Source of the DNA: Octopus bimaculoides
Lineage: Eukaryota
Direction of reading: 5' to 3'
Length of the DNA stretch: 64,000 bases
NCBI RefSeq assembly: GCF_001194135.2
Contig: NC_069003.1
Span: 24,097,445 to 24,161,444 of the forward strand
Below the pieces are notes generated by a model that saw only the letters and a program-made list of their open reading frames with translations, was not told the DNA's origin and did no database searches. How positions within the stretch are numbered: position 1 is the first letter of the stretch; every line of letters starts with the position of its first letter. Shown here one piece after another: positions 38,857 to 50,922 of the stretch. A program made the position numbers and the translations under genes.

Positions 38857-41800
38857 TAATAATCCTCTCTACTATAGGCACAAGGCCTGAAATTTTGGAG
38901 GAGGGGACTAGTTGATTACATCAACTCCAGTGTTTCACTGGTACTTAATTTATCAACCCCGAAAGGATGAAAGGCAAAGTCGACTCTGGTGAAATACCAC
39001 TAAGCATTTCATCTGGTGAGCTAACGATTCTGCCAGCTCACTGCATTATTAATAATAGTAAGAATGATGATAATAATAATAATAATAATAATAAGAAGAA
39101 GAAGAAGAAGAAGAAGAATTATTATTTTTATAATGATGATGGTAAAAATGGATGAAATGTTGCTAAAGCATTTTGCTTGGTATGTTAATGATTCTGCCAG
39201 TTTGCCACCCTAACATATAATGATGATAATATTAATGATGGTGGTGGTGGTGGTGGTGGTAGCGGTGGCAGTGATGACAACGATGACAATGATGTTTTCT
39301 GCAAAAGCTTTAGTGTGTTGACCTTTATGGTTTTATTAGTATCAAGCTAATAATTACAGTGTATTTTTTTTTTTTGCAAATTCCCATTATTCTCATCCTA
39401 TAAATAACAATTCTCTACATCCTGCTGACTCAGAATATATATATATGTATATATATATATCACCCACTGATGTAGAATACGTGCTTAGACACTGAAGTAG
39501 GATCTATTCCTTCCCCACTCCGACAGGATAAATGTGTTTCCCACTGATAGGTGCAGTGACATGGCTGTGTGGTTAAGATACTTGCTTTACAACCACTTGG
39601 TTTCATGTTCAATCCATCAATTCCTGGTATTTTGACCCTCTTCTTCTCTTTTATGACCTCCACTCTTTTTTTCTCTCCTGGGACCTACTTAGTCCCAGGA
39701 GCTAAGACAACACCGTGTTTCAAATAGACGTCATCAGTGACGTCATCGTCATTGTTGTCATCATCGAGGTCATTGACATTGTCATCATTATCATCAACAT
39801 CATCGTCGTTGTTGTCATCGTCATCATCATTGTTGTCATCATCATTGTCGTCGTCATCATTGTCGTTGTCGTCGTCGCCGTCGTTGTCGTCATCATTGTC
39901 ATCGTCATCATCATTGCCGTCATTGTCGTTGTTGTCATCGTCATTGTCATCGGCGTCGTTGTCATTGTCGTCGTCATCATTGTCATTGTTGTCATCATCA
40001 TCACTATTGTCGTCGTCATCATTGTCATTGTTGTTGTTGTTGTCATCATCATCATTGTTGTCATCGTCATTGTCGTTGTCATCATTGTCATCGTCTGTCA
40101 TCGGCGTCGTTGTCATTGTCGTCGTCATCATTGTCATTGTTGTCATCATCATCACTATTGTTGTCATCGTCATTGGCGTCGTTGTCATTGTCGTCGTCAT
40201 CATTGTCATTGTTGTTGTTGTTGTCATCATCATTGTCGTCGCCGTCATTGTCGTTGTTGTCATCGTCATTGTCATCGGCGTCGTTGTCATTGTCGTTGTC
40301 ATCATCATCATCATTGTTGTCGTCGTCATTGTCGTCGCCGTCATTGTCGTTGTCGTCGCCGTCATTGTCATTGTCGTCGCCGTCATTGTCATTGTCGTTG
40401 TCAAACTTTTGTAAATTGAGAGTCCTTTGGAGAGTGACACGAGTCAACAGGTATCCTGTGGATCTGGGTCACTGAAAGATGTTCTGGTGGTCAGCGAGGG
40501 GAGAGAGAGAGAGAGAGAGAGAGAGAGGAGGAAGNNNNNNNNNNNNNNNNNNNNNNNNNNNNNNNNNNNNNNNNNNNNNNNNNNNNNNNNNNNNNNNNNN
40601 NNNNNNNNNNNNNNNNNNNNNNNNNNNNNNNNNNNNNNNNNNNNNNNNNNNNNNNNNNNNNNNNNNNNNNNNNNNNNNNNNNNNNNNNNNNNNAGAGAGG
40701 AAGAGATTCAGGGTGATGCAGAACATTGTTGCTAATAGCTGTCTCCATTACCTTAGAGATGTGATGATGATGATGATGATGATGATAAATCTGCAGATAA
40801 TAGTGGTGTAAACCAGGGGTTTTCAAACTTTTTGACTCGCGGACCCCTTTATATTTCAGGCTTTACCTTAGGGACCCGCTTATAAACGCTTATGGAATTT
40901 ATACATAAATATTTGCTTAAAATAACATATTTTTGCATTTATTTATTTAACAGTATTTAACGAATAGGTTTATTGTCAATTAAAAGATTTCGATTAAAAA
41001 ACATATATAAAATCAAATTACCCATAAAAAGTATTTGCTGTCCACGGACCCCCTGTGGTCCGCAGACCACAGTTTGAAAACCCCTGGTGTAAACAATAGT
41101 GACAAGTCTAAGAAAGCTACTGTTGTTGATGATGATGATTGTGATGATAGCAGTGGTGATGAAGATGATGATAATTTCAGTAATGATGGTGATAATAGGG
41201 TGGTGTTGGTGATGATGATGATAATGATGATGACGTTAATGATGGTGGTAATGATGGTGTCAGTGATAGTAGTAATAGTGGTGGTGATGATGATGATGAT
41301 AATGATGATGATGATGATTGTTCAATTTCTTCATCAGTTCTGCAGAAATAGGCTACAACATGGTCGTCAAAGATGTCAGTCCTCAGATGGTGCTACACGT
41401 GAAGATCAACTCTGCCTCTATCATGGCCTACAACCTCTCGCTCATTGGTAATAACTGCATTATGTTCTTTAATTGGTGGTGGTGGGCATGGTATTGTTGT
41501 CGATGGCGACAGTATTGAGGGTCTTGGTGGTGGTGGTGGTGGTGGTGGTGTTATGGCATTGTTGTCATTGTTGGTGGTGGTGGTAGTGGAATGAGAACCC
41601 AGATTTGAAATTTCCCCAAGGCACCTGAAGATGGCTGGAGGGTACATCAGTTGAAACATTGTGTTAACAACAAACAAGATGAGGACAAATATCCGTCAAA
41701 TGTAAATAATGTAAATAATATACATACTTCCTCATCTCTTAAATATAGAACTGTATAATATAAATAAATGAATTAAAACTTTGTTAATGTGATATTAATG

Positions 41801-42787
41801 GTTAACAGGAGGATTTAATTAGGTTTCATGAGCTTAATTACCTCTAGACAATCTTATGAAACCATTATGTCTTTTTTCTGTTCAGGTGGGTTTTTTTTTA
41901 TTTATCCATATAAAGGCGACATTTCTTTTTGCAGGTTATTATGATAGATGTGAAAAATTACTGTCAGAAAACTTGGGGAAAATTTCATCACATCATCCCA
42001 GTCTAGCTGTGATGTTAAATACAATGGGTATTAATTATGAAAGGAGTGAGTATAATCGTTTTTTTTTTTTATTGTTGTATTTCAGGATGGTCATTGTTTT
42101 TTTTGTTTTTTTTTGCCGCATAAACACACATACTATATATTCATTCTTCGCTCGTTTTTTACTGTTTTTATTTTAACTCGTGTCCATTGTCTGGAAATCT
42201 TTCATCACACATCTGTGACCTCTTCAGTGACACTCTCCACCCTCGTGTGCTCCTGCTCTGCTTTGTCCATTCTCTGTTTCAACACACGGTTTCACACAAG
42301 GAGTCTTGCAACACAAATTCATGAACATAAAAGTTTTTATTTATTTATTTAAAAAATATTTTGATATTTTTTGGTTAGATCCTGGGGTTGGATGGTGGTA
42401 CTGAGGCATATCTGTGTAGTAAGAAGCATGCTTCCCAACCACATGGTTCTGGGTTCAGTCCTATTGCATGGAACCTTGGGCAAGTGTCTTCTGTTATAGC
42501 TTCGGGCCAACCAAATCCTTTTGAGCAGAATGGGTTTGGTAAGATGGAAACTAAATGTCTGGCAGATGTGTGTGTGTGTCTGTCTGTCTGTCTGACCCCC
42601 ATCACCCACATTGATAACAGTGTTGGTGTGTTTACATACCTGTAACTTAGTGGTTTGGCAAAAGAAACCAATAAAATAAGTACCGGGCTTAAAAAAAAAG
42701 CACTGGGGTTGATTCTTCAAGGTGCTGCCCCAGCATGGTCCCAGTCTAATGACTGCAACAAATAAACAACAAAGGAAAAGATAACAG

Positions 42788-42824
<37 letters not shown>

Positions 42825-45528
42825 TCTTTATGTAAGTGTTTGTCACCCATTACTTCTTAGTGTTGGTTTATTTACATCCCTATGTCATAGCAGTTTGGTA
42901 GAATAAAATCCACTTACTGGGATGCACCAGGCTTAAATACATATGTACTGGGGTTGATTTATCTGACTAAACCCTTTGAAGCAGTGCTCCAGACTGGCCG
43001 CAGTCCTATAACTGAAATCAGTGAAAGATAAAAAATAAAAAGATGTCTATATATATATATATATATAAGGAAAATAGGACAAGGTAGAAAATGCTAAAAT
43101 AATTTTATCATGAAGAATATTTAGAGTAAAGCATGAAAAACAAATTAAATTGTAGAAAAATTAAATGAAATGTTTTTTTAAAAATATTTCCATAGCGTTC
43201 ACAACAGTAAGAGAACGAGAGAGAGAGAGAAAGAGAGACAGAGAAAAGGAAAATGTCCCTTGTGTTTGAAAACTAAGGAAATACTTTAAATAAAAGACAT
43301 TTCATTTAATTTTTCCACAATTTAATTGTTTTTCATGCTTTANNNNNNNNNNNNNNNNNNNNNNNNNNNNNNNNNNNNNNNNNNNNNNNNNNNNNNNNNN
43401 NNNNNNNNNNNNNNNNNNNNNNNNNNNNNNNNNNNNNNNNNNNNNNNNNNNNNNNNNNNNNNNNNNNNNNNNNNNNNNNNNNNNNNNNNNNNNNNNNNNN
43501 NNNNNNNNNNNNNNNNNNNNNNNNNNNNNNNNNNNNNNNNNNNNNNNNNNNNNNNNNNNNNNNNNNNNNNNNNNNNNNNNNNNNNNNNNNNNNNNNNNNN
43601 NNNNNNNNNNNNNNNNNNNNNNNNNNNNNNNNNNNNNNNNNNNNNNNNNNNNNNNNNNNNNNNNNNNNNNNNNNNNNNNNNNNNNNNNNNNNNNNNNNNN
43701 NNNNNNNNNNNNNNNNNNNNNNNNNNNNNNNNNNNNNNNNNNNNNNNNNNNNNNNNNNNNNNNNNNNNNNNNNNNNNNNNNNNNNNNNNNNNNNNNNNNN
43801 NNNNNNNNNNNNNNNNNNNNNNNNNNNNNNNNNNNNNNNNNNNATATACGTTGGGCTTCTTCCAGTTTACATCTACCAAATCTACTCACAAGGCTTTGGT
43901 CGGCCCGAGGCTATAGTAGAAGACACTTGCCTGAGGTGACACACAGTGGGACTGAACCCAGGACCGTGTGGTTGGTAAGCAAACTACTTACCACACAGCC
44001 ACTCCTGCGCCTATATATATATATATATGGGTCAAGAAGACCTGTACCCCACAGCAGAAATGTTAAGACTGAACCTTCTGGTTGTTTTAAGCACCTGTAG
44101 TGGTGCCATGTAAGAGTACCCATGTGGTGCTCATTCCATGCCACGTAAAAGCATCCAGCACACTTTGTAAAGTTGTTGGCATTAGGAAGGGCATCCAAGC
44201 TGAAGAAACCATGCCAAATTAGACTGGGGTCTGGTATAGCTACCCAGCCTCCCAGCTCTGGTCACATCATCCAACCCACGCCAGGATGGACAATAGACGT
44301 TATATGGTGATGATGATGATGATGGTAATAATGGAAATTCTTTTTTGTATCCTTTTTGTATTTTTTGACTTCAGTTTTAAATTTCTGATCCTGCCTCATG
44401 TGTAAGGAGATAGTTACCTCCCTTTGCATTAACTGCCATCCAGAGGTCACCACATGTGTCTTCAGGCATTTTTACCTGATATTTTCTTTTCTCTTTCTGC
44501 AGATGGCTTACAGTACGACGAAGCATTCATTTTTTATAATGCTTCTCTAAGGGAAAGAATGAAGGTTGCTGCAATAAATCCTAGACTATCTGTCGTGGCA
44601 AATTGTAATGTAGCAAAGATAATATCTCGTGATCGTGGAAACCATGGTAAGTATTCTTTTGTCAAGTCTTACTTCTAAAATCTATGAGGCGGGTGCAGGA
44701 AAGTTCCTGGCTTTAAAGATATCGCAAAAGGCCTTGCTTGGTGGATCAACTTTCTGAGTTCTTTTACAGGGCTTAGAAAAACTGAAGGACTGCTGCAATA
44801 AGTGTGTAAATCTGAGAGGGGAATATCTTGAGTAAAATCATAATTTTCTTTTACCAAAAGCCAGGAACTTTTCAGTACCCCCTCGTACATATATAATCAC
44901 ATGTTTTTTGAGAGGGTGCTGAAATAGGATATTGAAAAAGGCATGTTTGGAGGCCCAACCTCCTGAGTTCTTTTATAGGGGTTAGAAAAACTGAAGGACT
45001 GCTGCAATAAGTGTGTGAATCTGAGAGGGGAATATCTTGAATAAAATCATAATTCTCTGATCCTCCTGTATTTTCTTTTACCCAGAGCCAGGAACTTTTC
45101 AGCACCTCCTCGAACTTTTAGTACAAGCCCACAGACATTCAGTCTGCTAGAAATAGCAGCAGAATCTCATTGAACTCATGCCTAAGAGCGAACATAATTG
45201 CGTAGTGTGTGGTTAAGAGATGTTTACTTCTCAACCATGTGGTTTTGGGGTCTGTCTCACTTTGGGGGTACCTTATATTATGTCACAGACTGACAAAAGC
45301 ACGGTACCCAGAAGTGAGTGTCGGTCTGTATTCTCTTGGCTTTGTTGGAACTTCAATGATGCATTTTTAATTTGGGAAAGAATTTAAATATAAAGTCAGT
45401 CGCATTTATACATACACTAGAAATTTCTCTAATTTAATTTTTTTTACACACTGGCTTCCTGATAAAATTCTTGTAAAAGATTTTTATCCTTTTTTGAATT
45501 TATATAGATAGATAGATAGATAGATAGA

Positions 45529-45561
<33 letters not shown>

Positions 45562-45607
45562 GCATACATACATACATACATACTTACACACCACNNNNNN
45601 NNNNAGA

Positions 45608-45640
<33 letters not shown>

Positions 45641-47229
45641 GCATACATACATACATACATACTTACACACCACACACACACACACACACACACAAGCATG
45701 TATATGTATGTACATACATACATTCTCATACACACACACACAGAAGCATGCATGCATACATACATGTATATACACACACACACACACACACATGCAAGCA
45801 TGTATATGCATACATACATAATAATCTTAATAGCAGTTCTACAAGAAGTAACACTTGAGGACTACCACACATTTACACTCTCATGGTAGAGCCTCCACTT
45901 TTTATGAAATTCCTCTTGCTTGCTTTTATTGTATGATCTGGTTTTTTTTTTTTTTTCAATTAGATATCTCTCAAACACTAAGTATCTAAAATGTTTGAAT
46001 CTGAGAGTGGTTTTTAACTCATTTTATATATAAAAAATTTTGCTAATAATATTAGCAAGTCAAAGATGCCGTCAGTATATGTGTTTCTTCTCAGTCCGAA
46101 CAGAATGAGCTGTGGGTCAAGTTTCATGCTATGAACATGTTGTTGTTGGCACTCCGTCGCTTACGACGTCGAGGGTTCCAGTTGATCTGATCAACAGAAC
46201 AGCCTGCTCATGAAATTAACGTGCAAGTGGCTGAGCACTCCACAGACACGTGTACCCTTAACGTAGTTCAGGGGATATTCAGCGTGACACAGTGTGACAA
46301 GGCTGACCCTTTGAATTACAGGCACAACAAAAACAGGAAGTAAGAGTGAGAGAAAGTTGTGGTGAAAGAGTACAGCAGGGTTCACCACCATCCCCTGCCG
46401 GAGCCTTGTGGAGCTTTTAGGTGTTTTCGCTCAATAAACACTCACAACACCCGGTCTGGGAATCGAAACCGCAATCCTATGACTGCGAGTTCGCTGCCCT
46501 AACCACTGGGCCATTGCGCCTCCACTATGAACATGTATGCACTTTTCATACAGCAAATCTAAGAAGCGTTGCCAGAAGGCCTTTTTATTTATTTATTTTT
46601 TTTTTGTCATTCTTATTTTTCTTCCAGAAACAGCACTAAAATTCCTATTGAAATCAAAGGCCATCCTGAAGAAACAAAGTTGGCACCATGTGATTACTTC
46701 TGAACTGTTGAACCAGACTGGTCAAGTGTATTTGAGGATGTAAGTACTTTCATTTGGTCTGTCATATTAGTGAAGAATATTTATTTAGCCATTGGTCAAG
46801 TTATATTTGAAGATTTGTTTTTATTTGACCAACTAGATTTTTTTGGTCAAGGTCAAGAGAATTTGAGAATGTAGTTGTTTTCCTTTTTAAGTGATTGTAT
46901 TGCTCAAATCCCATTCGAAAATGTAATTACCTCCATTAGACCAACCATGCTAGTCAAGTGTGTTAACTCCACTATTCTTGTAGCACCACCACCGCCACCA
47001 CCATCACAACCACACATGACTATCACCACTACTAACTCAGTACCGTCAAACAATAAGTGCTACAAGCTGTTGCTGCTGCTGCTGCAGCTACTATGTCTTC
47101 TACTGTTTCTACTACTACTGCCGCCTCCGCCACTGCTACTACTACTATTGCTACTACTGCAACAGCTGCTACTACTACTAGTATATTACTGCCACTGTTG
47201 TTACTGCTGCTGCTGTTACTACAACAACA

Positions 47230-47269
<40 letters not shown>

Positions 47270-48024
47270 TTACTGCTGCTGCTGCTGCTGCTAACAACAT
47301 CAGTGCCAAAAAAGCTGACAGGGAAGTCTCACTGCACTTGCCTAACCTACTAAAAATAGCAGCCAAATCGCCTTCCAAACACATTTTTTATCATCACCAT
47401 CATCATTATCATTATCGTTGTAATCATATCCTCATCATCATCACCTTTATTGTCACATACTCTCACATACACACGCACGCGCACCTTCATTTTGGTATCA
47501 GCACTACTTTATTATCTCCCCTTCTTCCCAGCTCTCCTGTCTGACCACCTCTGTCTGGCCATCGCCATGATTGACTGCTAGCTACTAAAGCTTTCTTTTT
47601 TTCTTATTCTCCCTCTGTTTATTTTCTCATGTTCCTTTCTGCTGCAGAGCGTAGGCTCGAAACATAAAGGACTTTCTCACCTTCCTAATACCCCTGTTTG
47701 TTCTTTACACACCTTTTTTGTAAATTCCAACTCAATATAGTTGTCACCATCATCAACACTAGCACCAGCAGCAGCAGCAATACCACTGCCACCACTACCA
47801 CTATGACTGTTGACATCATCATCATCATCATCATTACCACCACCACCGGCACCATCACTATTATCACCACCACTCTGACAACACCATCGCTATTATTACT
47901 ATGACCATCAAAATCCCAACTATTACCACCCCAACAGCAACAACATTATCAGCTCAGTTGCTACAACCACTATCATCACTAATACTATAACAACCCTGCT
48001 GCTGTCACCACCACCACCACCACC

Positions 48025-48055
<31 letters not shown>

Positions 48056-48940
48056 CCACCACCACCAAAACCACCACCACCACCACCATCACCACCACNN
48101 NNNNNNNNNNNNNNNNNNNNNNNNNNNNNNNNNNNNNNNNNNNNNNNNNNNNNNNNNNNNNNNNNNNNNNNNNNNNNNNNNNNNNNNNNNNNNNNNNNNN
48201 NNNNNNNNNNNNNNNNNNNNNNNNNNNNNNNNNNNNNNNNNNNNNNNNNNNNNNNNNNNNNNNNNATCACCACAACTGCCACGACGACGACCACCACCAC
48301 CACCATCACCACTACTGCCGCCACTACCATCTCTATCACCATCACCACAACTGCCACGACGACGACCACCACCACCACCATCAACCCCAACCACTATGCT
48401 CTGTTACTCATTAACCTTACCTTATCATATTACAGGCATGACATGACCAATGCCCTAGCAGCATTCCTGGAGTCCTTGTATATCTACAACAAGATTGATC
48501 CCAACAACAGTGCCAAAATTGAGGTCCTTAATATGATTGCCCACTGCAATCTTCTCCAAGAGTCATTCGATAATGCCAGAGAATATTTCCAGGATGTTCT
48601 GCAAGTCAACACCAGAGCATCTATGAGCTGTGTCCTAGAAGTCGAAGGTTACGCAATAGCTATGGAACATCTTGTTTATCTCAGTTTTGAGAATTGTGAG
48701 GTATGGAAACGACTGTGCTTTATTGTTTGTTGTTTGCTGCAATAGTTGTTGTTGCTGATGATATCACTTCTATATATATATATTCATGTATATGGCTGTG
48801 TAGTAAGAAGCTTGCTTTCCAACCCCATGGTTCCAGGTTCAGTCCCACTGCTAGAACCTTGAGCAAGTGTCATTTGTTTATAGCTGTGGGCTGACTAAAG
48901 TCTTGTGAGTGGATTAGGTAGACGGAAACTGAAAGAAGCT

Positions 48941-48980
<40 letters not shown>

Positions 48981-50176
48981 ACCGTAAAAACCCATGTAAT
49001 TTGCACACCTGTGTAATTTACGCAGGTGATTTTCAGGATAAGGATTGTTAGAAAAAAAAGCTTCTACTCATGTAAAGTTTGCACCCAAAAGTTTTCAGAA
49101 TTGCCGATATGGCCAAGGGGGAAAGGGTTTCAATTTAGTTGTATTTAGCATAATTTCACTTACTTATGATTAGATTTTATTAAATTTTCATTAAATAAAA
49201 ATAATTTCTGTTTAACAGGTATCACATCAAAAGCTATCAAATTACGAAGTGTTTGTGTTGTTTATAATAAGCTTTATCTTACATTTCTTGCCCACAAGAG
49301 ATTATGTCTGATTTTTAGCCTGCTTCTGTATGTCTTCTCAAATCGTGATCACAGGAAAAGCAGTTGATAATTCTTATCGACAAAAACAAAGCTGATAAAT
49401 ACACACAAGTGTTGCAAAATAAGTTTAATTACCAATAAACATCAGCTTAGATGACACTTTACTCAACTGACAGAAGAAGTTAGCCGATCAAACTGATTAT
49501 GTAAACAGAATTCTAATTGGTCAAAAGTGCCTTCTTGTCTCAAGCTCTGATTTTCGGCCTATTCTTGTTGGAAACTTTGATACGGAGTATCGAAATTTTA
49601 ATCCCTTTCACACATATAAAATGTCAAGCAAACTTAAAAATTTGTCTTCATGTTCTGAGTTTAGATTTCACCGAGGTCAACTTTGCCCTTCATCCTTTCG
49701 GCATCGATAAAATAAACACCAGCTGAGTACCGGGGTTGATGTTATTGACTTACCCCAACCCCCGTCCCCAAAATTGCTGATCTTGTACCAAAATTTGAAA
49801 TATATATATATAAATGTTTGTTTATGAAATTTAATTCTATATATATATTTTTTTCTAGACCCAGATGGCTGCTTTGGAGACTCTTTTAGAAGAATTACGT
49901 CAGATCAATATACTTAGCGTTAATTTAGAACAAAAAATGCAATATTCAAGTGCCATTGCCAAGTACCAAGGACTGAAAATAAAACTTCTTAAAAAATTCG
50001 ACTACAACAGCAAACGAACTGGCCTCCTTATAAATTCACTTCCTGTAATTTGTGACTTCTGCCAGGATTACAAACGTTATGTAAATTGCTCACAAGAGAA
50101 TTATACTTTTAAGTTATGTGGATTGAGATCAATTATAAATGACTTTGATCTCCAAGAATTAAGTCTTCAAGATTAA
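30340..50176 (+). CDS. Gene A: 5'-incomplete STAND/NB-ARC-like NTPase + winged helix + TPR protein (NLR-like); join(30340..31365,33479..33635,36726..36873,41338..41447,41935..42045,44503..44646,46628..46739,48436..48700,49859..50176)
   Basis: Nine exons with canonical AG/GT sites and consistent phases (0,1,2,1,1,1,2,0); 2391 nt, open to TAA at 50174-50176. Walker B-like KICIFDDF, GxP motif ACGLPG, winged-helix-like LKLLSYFPGRF and VQELIR, then TPR-like helices. AATAAA at 50398-50403. Confidence 0.9.
31507..31660 (+). mobile_element. LINE ORF2 C-terminal remnant joined to the hammerhead-bearing tail
   Basis: SPFYRYFHGHCSAELSSLVPP..YQRSTR resembles C-termini of CR1/Jockey-group ORF2 (from memory; not searched). 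Confidence 0.5.
32900..33170 (-). mobile_element. RTE-clade LINE 3' fragment (related copy at 15740-15915, +)
   Basis: KWKWIGSTIRKDPPNAAKSALQWKPDGYRKRGRPKNSWHRS. Confidence 0.75.
33479..33635 (+). CDS. Gene A exon b (IATKASQILW...LTNLP)
   Basis: Polypyrimidine tract ttttcag|ATA; donor G|gtatga; phase 0 to 1. Confidence 0.88.
34030..34420 (+). mobile_element. CORE-type tRNA SINE with internal (TA/TG)n tract; other copies at about 653-860, 6320-6600, 9090-9360, 9630-10040, 12777-13012, 15284-15450, 17516-17670, 31835-32200, 42400-42780, 43845-44012, 48785-48940, 51020-51720, 60380-60625
   Basis: Shared head ggctgtgtggtaagaagcttgc...ggttcagtcccactg, CORE-like accttgggcaagt, shared tail ggcggtgctccagcatggcc...gactgaaacaagtaaaag. 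Confidence 0.85.
34560..35658. repeat. 40-bp minisatellite in an intron of gene A (spans a gap)
   Basis: Unit ttatgtggctctttctattatatgggtgtttctgtttcta repeats with a 40-bp period on both sides of the N run. Confidence 0.95.
36726..36873 (+). CDS. Gene A exon c, TPR (GLGGYTEAISYYEKAMNVL...YHMQGKYVESL)
   Basis: ctttgcag|GT acceptor, AA|gtaggt donor; TPR-like YTEAISYYEKA; not in the ORF track. Confidence 0.9.
37427..38860. repeat. (AAT/GAT)n compound microsatellite with gap
   Basis: Directly visible. Confidence 0.95.
39720..40402. repeat. Cryptic trinucleotide (GTC/ATC/GTT/ATT) repeat with higher-order blocks
   Basis: Recurrent block cattgtcatcggcgtcgttgtcattgtcgtcgtcatcattgtcattgttgtcatc; low-complexity ORFs in several frames. 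Confidence 0.9.
40814..41086. mobile_element. hAT-type MITE
   Basis: TIRs CAGGGGTTTCAAAC / GTTTGAAAACCCCTG; perfect 8-bp TSD gtgtaaac (40806-40813, 41087-41094). Confidence 0.9.
41338..41447 (+). CDS. Gene A exon d (SAEIGYNMVV...AYNLSLI)
   Basis: ttcttcatcag|T acceptor, G|gtaata donor; 110 nt bridges phase 2 to 1. Confidence 0.8.
41935..42045 (+). CDS. Gene A exon e, TPR (GYYDRCEKLL...AVMLNTMGINYER)
   Basis: tttttgcag|GT acceptor, A|gtgagt donor; HPSLAVMLNTMGINY is TPR-like. Confidence 0.9.
44503..44646 (+). CDS. Gene A exon f, TPR (GLQYDEAFIFYNASL...RGNH)
   Basis: ctttctgcag|AT acceptor, G|gtaagt donor; 144 nt, same size as paralog exon 25762-25905. Confidence 0.92.
44685..45112. mobile_element. 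Two tandem mariner-type MITE copies (44685-44885 and about 44910-45112)
   Basis: TIR-like gaggcgggtgcaggaaagttcctggc / gccaggaacttttcagtaccccctcg with TA flanks on the first copy; shared internal sequence. Confidence 0.7.
46628..46739 (+). CDS. Gene A exon g, TPR (ETALKFLLKSKAIL...GQVYLRM)
   Basis: tttcttccag|AA acceptor, AT|gtaagt donor; 112 nt, same size as paralog exon 25190-25301. Confidence 0.92.
48436..48700 (+). CDS. Gene A exon h, TPR (HDMTNALAAFLESL...LSFENCE)
   Basis: attacag|G acceptor, GAG|gtatgg donor; 265 nt, same size as paralog exon 21006-21270. Confidence 0.92.
49859..50176 (+). CDS. Gene A terminal exon with C-x2-C-x8-C-x9-C motif
   Basis: ttttctag|ACC CAG ATG acceptor; stop TAA; about 52 of 99 residues identical to the paralog terminal exon by manual count. 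Confidence 0.92.
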   Translation, partial: TQMAALETLLEELRQINILSVNLEQKMQYSSAIAKYQGLKIKLLKKFDYNSKRTGLLINSLPVICDFCQDYKRYVNCSQENYTFKLCGLRSIINDFDLQELSLQD

Positions 50177-50895
50177 ATGATTATTTTACTAACATTGTTC
50201 GGAATTTTTTCATGGAAACGGTTTATTGAAAGAGAAATGTTGAATCAGATGAGACTAAATTCTTTATTCTATTATATTCTAATATACTGTTTAGTTCACC
50301 AACTGTGCAAAATATTTTATATGTGTGGTGTATGTCTGGGACCCAATATTTATATATTACCATTTATTGCCTTTCTGCTTTCAGTTCAACTATTAAAAAT
50401 AAATTATTTCACTTTAAAGAGATTTGTTGTGTAAGGCTGCAGCGGTGCAAGAAGGTACAAAGTAAACAAAACAAAACAAAGTAGCAGTTTAACCAAATAT
50501 TTTTATGTTTTGGGGCTATGACCTCTTCAGTTCTAAACTTAAGAGATGAGGAATTATGTACATTATTTACATTATTTACATTTGACGGGTATTAGTCCTC
50601 ATCTTGTTTGTTGTTAACACGTTTCAGCTGATATACCCTCCTGCCTTCATCAGGTGAGAACCCAGGTTCGAAATTTCCCCCAAGACACCTGATGAAGGCT
50701 GGAGGGTATATCAACTGAAACGTGTTAACAACAAAGAAGATGAGAACAAATATCTGTCAAATGTAAATAATGTATGGCGTCTTCTTCAGGACATTTGGAA
50801 AAGCAAATGTTGCTTAGACGTGTGGAGGAGGAAGGAGAAAGGGAGCACCCCACATATCTGAGCAATGACTTTTTCCATCCCTCGCTTTTTCCAAA

Positions 50896-50922
50896 TTAGG
50901 GTTAGGGTTAGGGTTAGGGTTA
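50896..50922 (+). repeat. Interstitial (TTAGGG)4 TTA
   Basis: Directly visible. Confidence 0.9.

Noticed and set aside
39685-40475. Asp/Asn-rich, Thr/Met-rich and Ser/Leu-rich ORFs
   Set aside because: Several frames are open because of trinucleotide repeat composition; no splice context.
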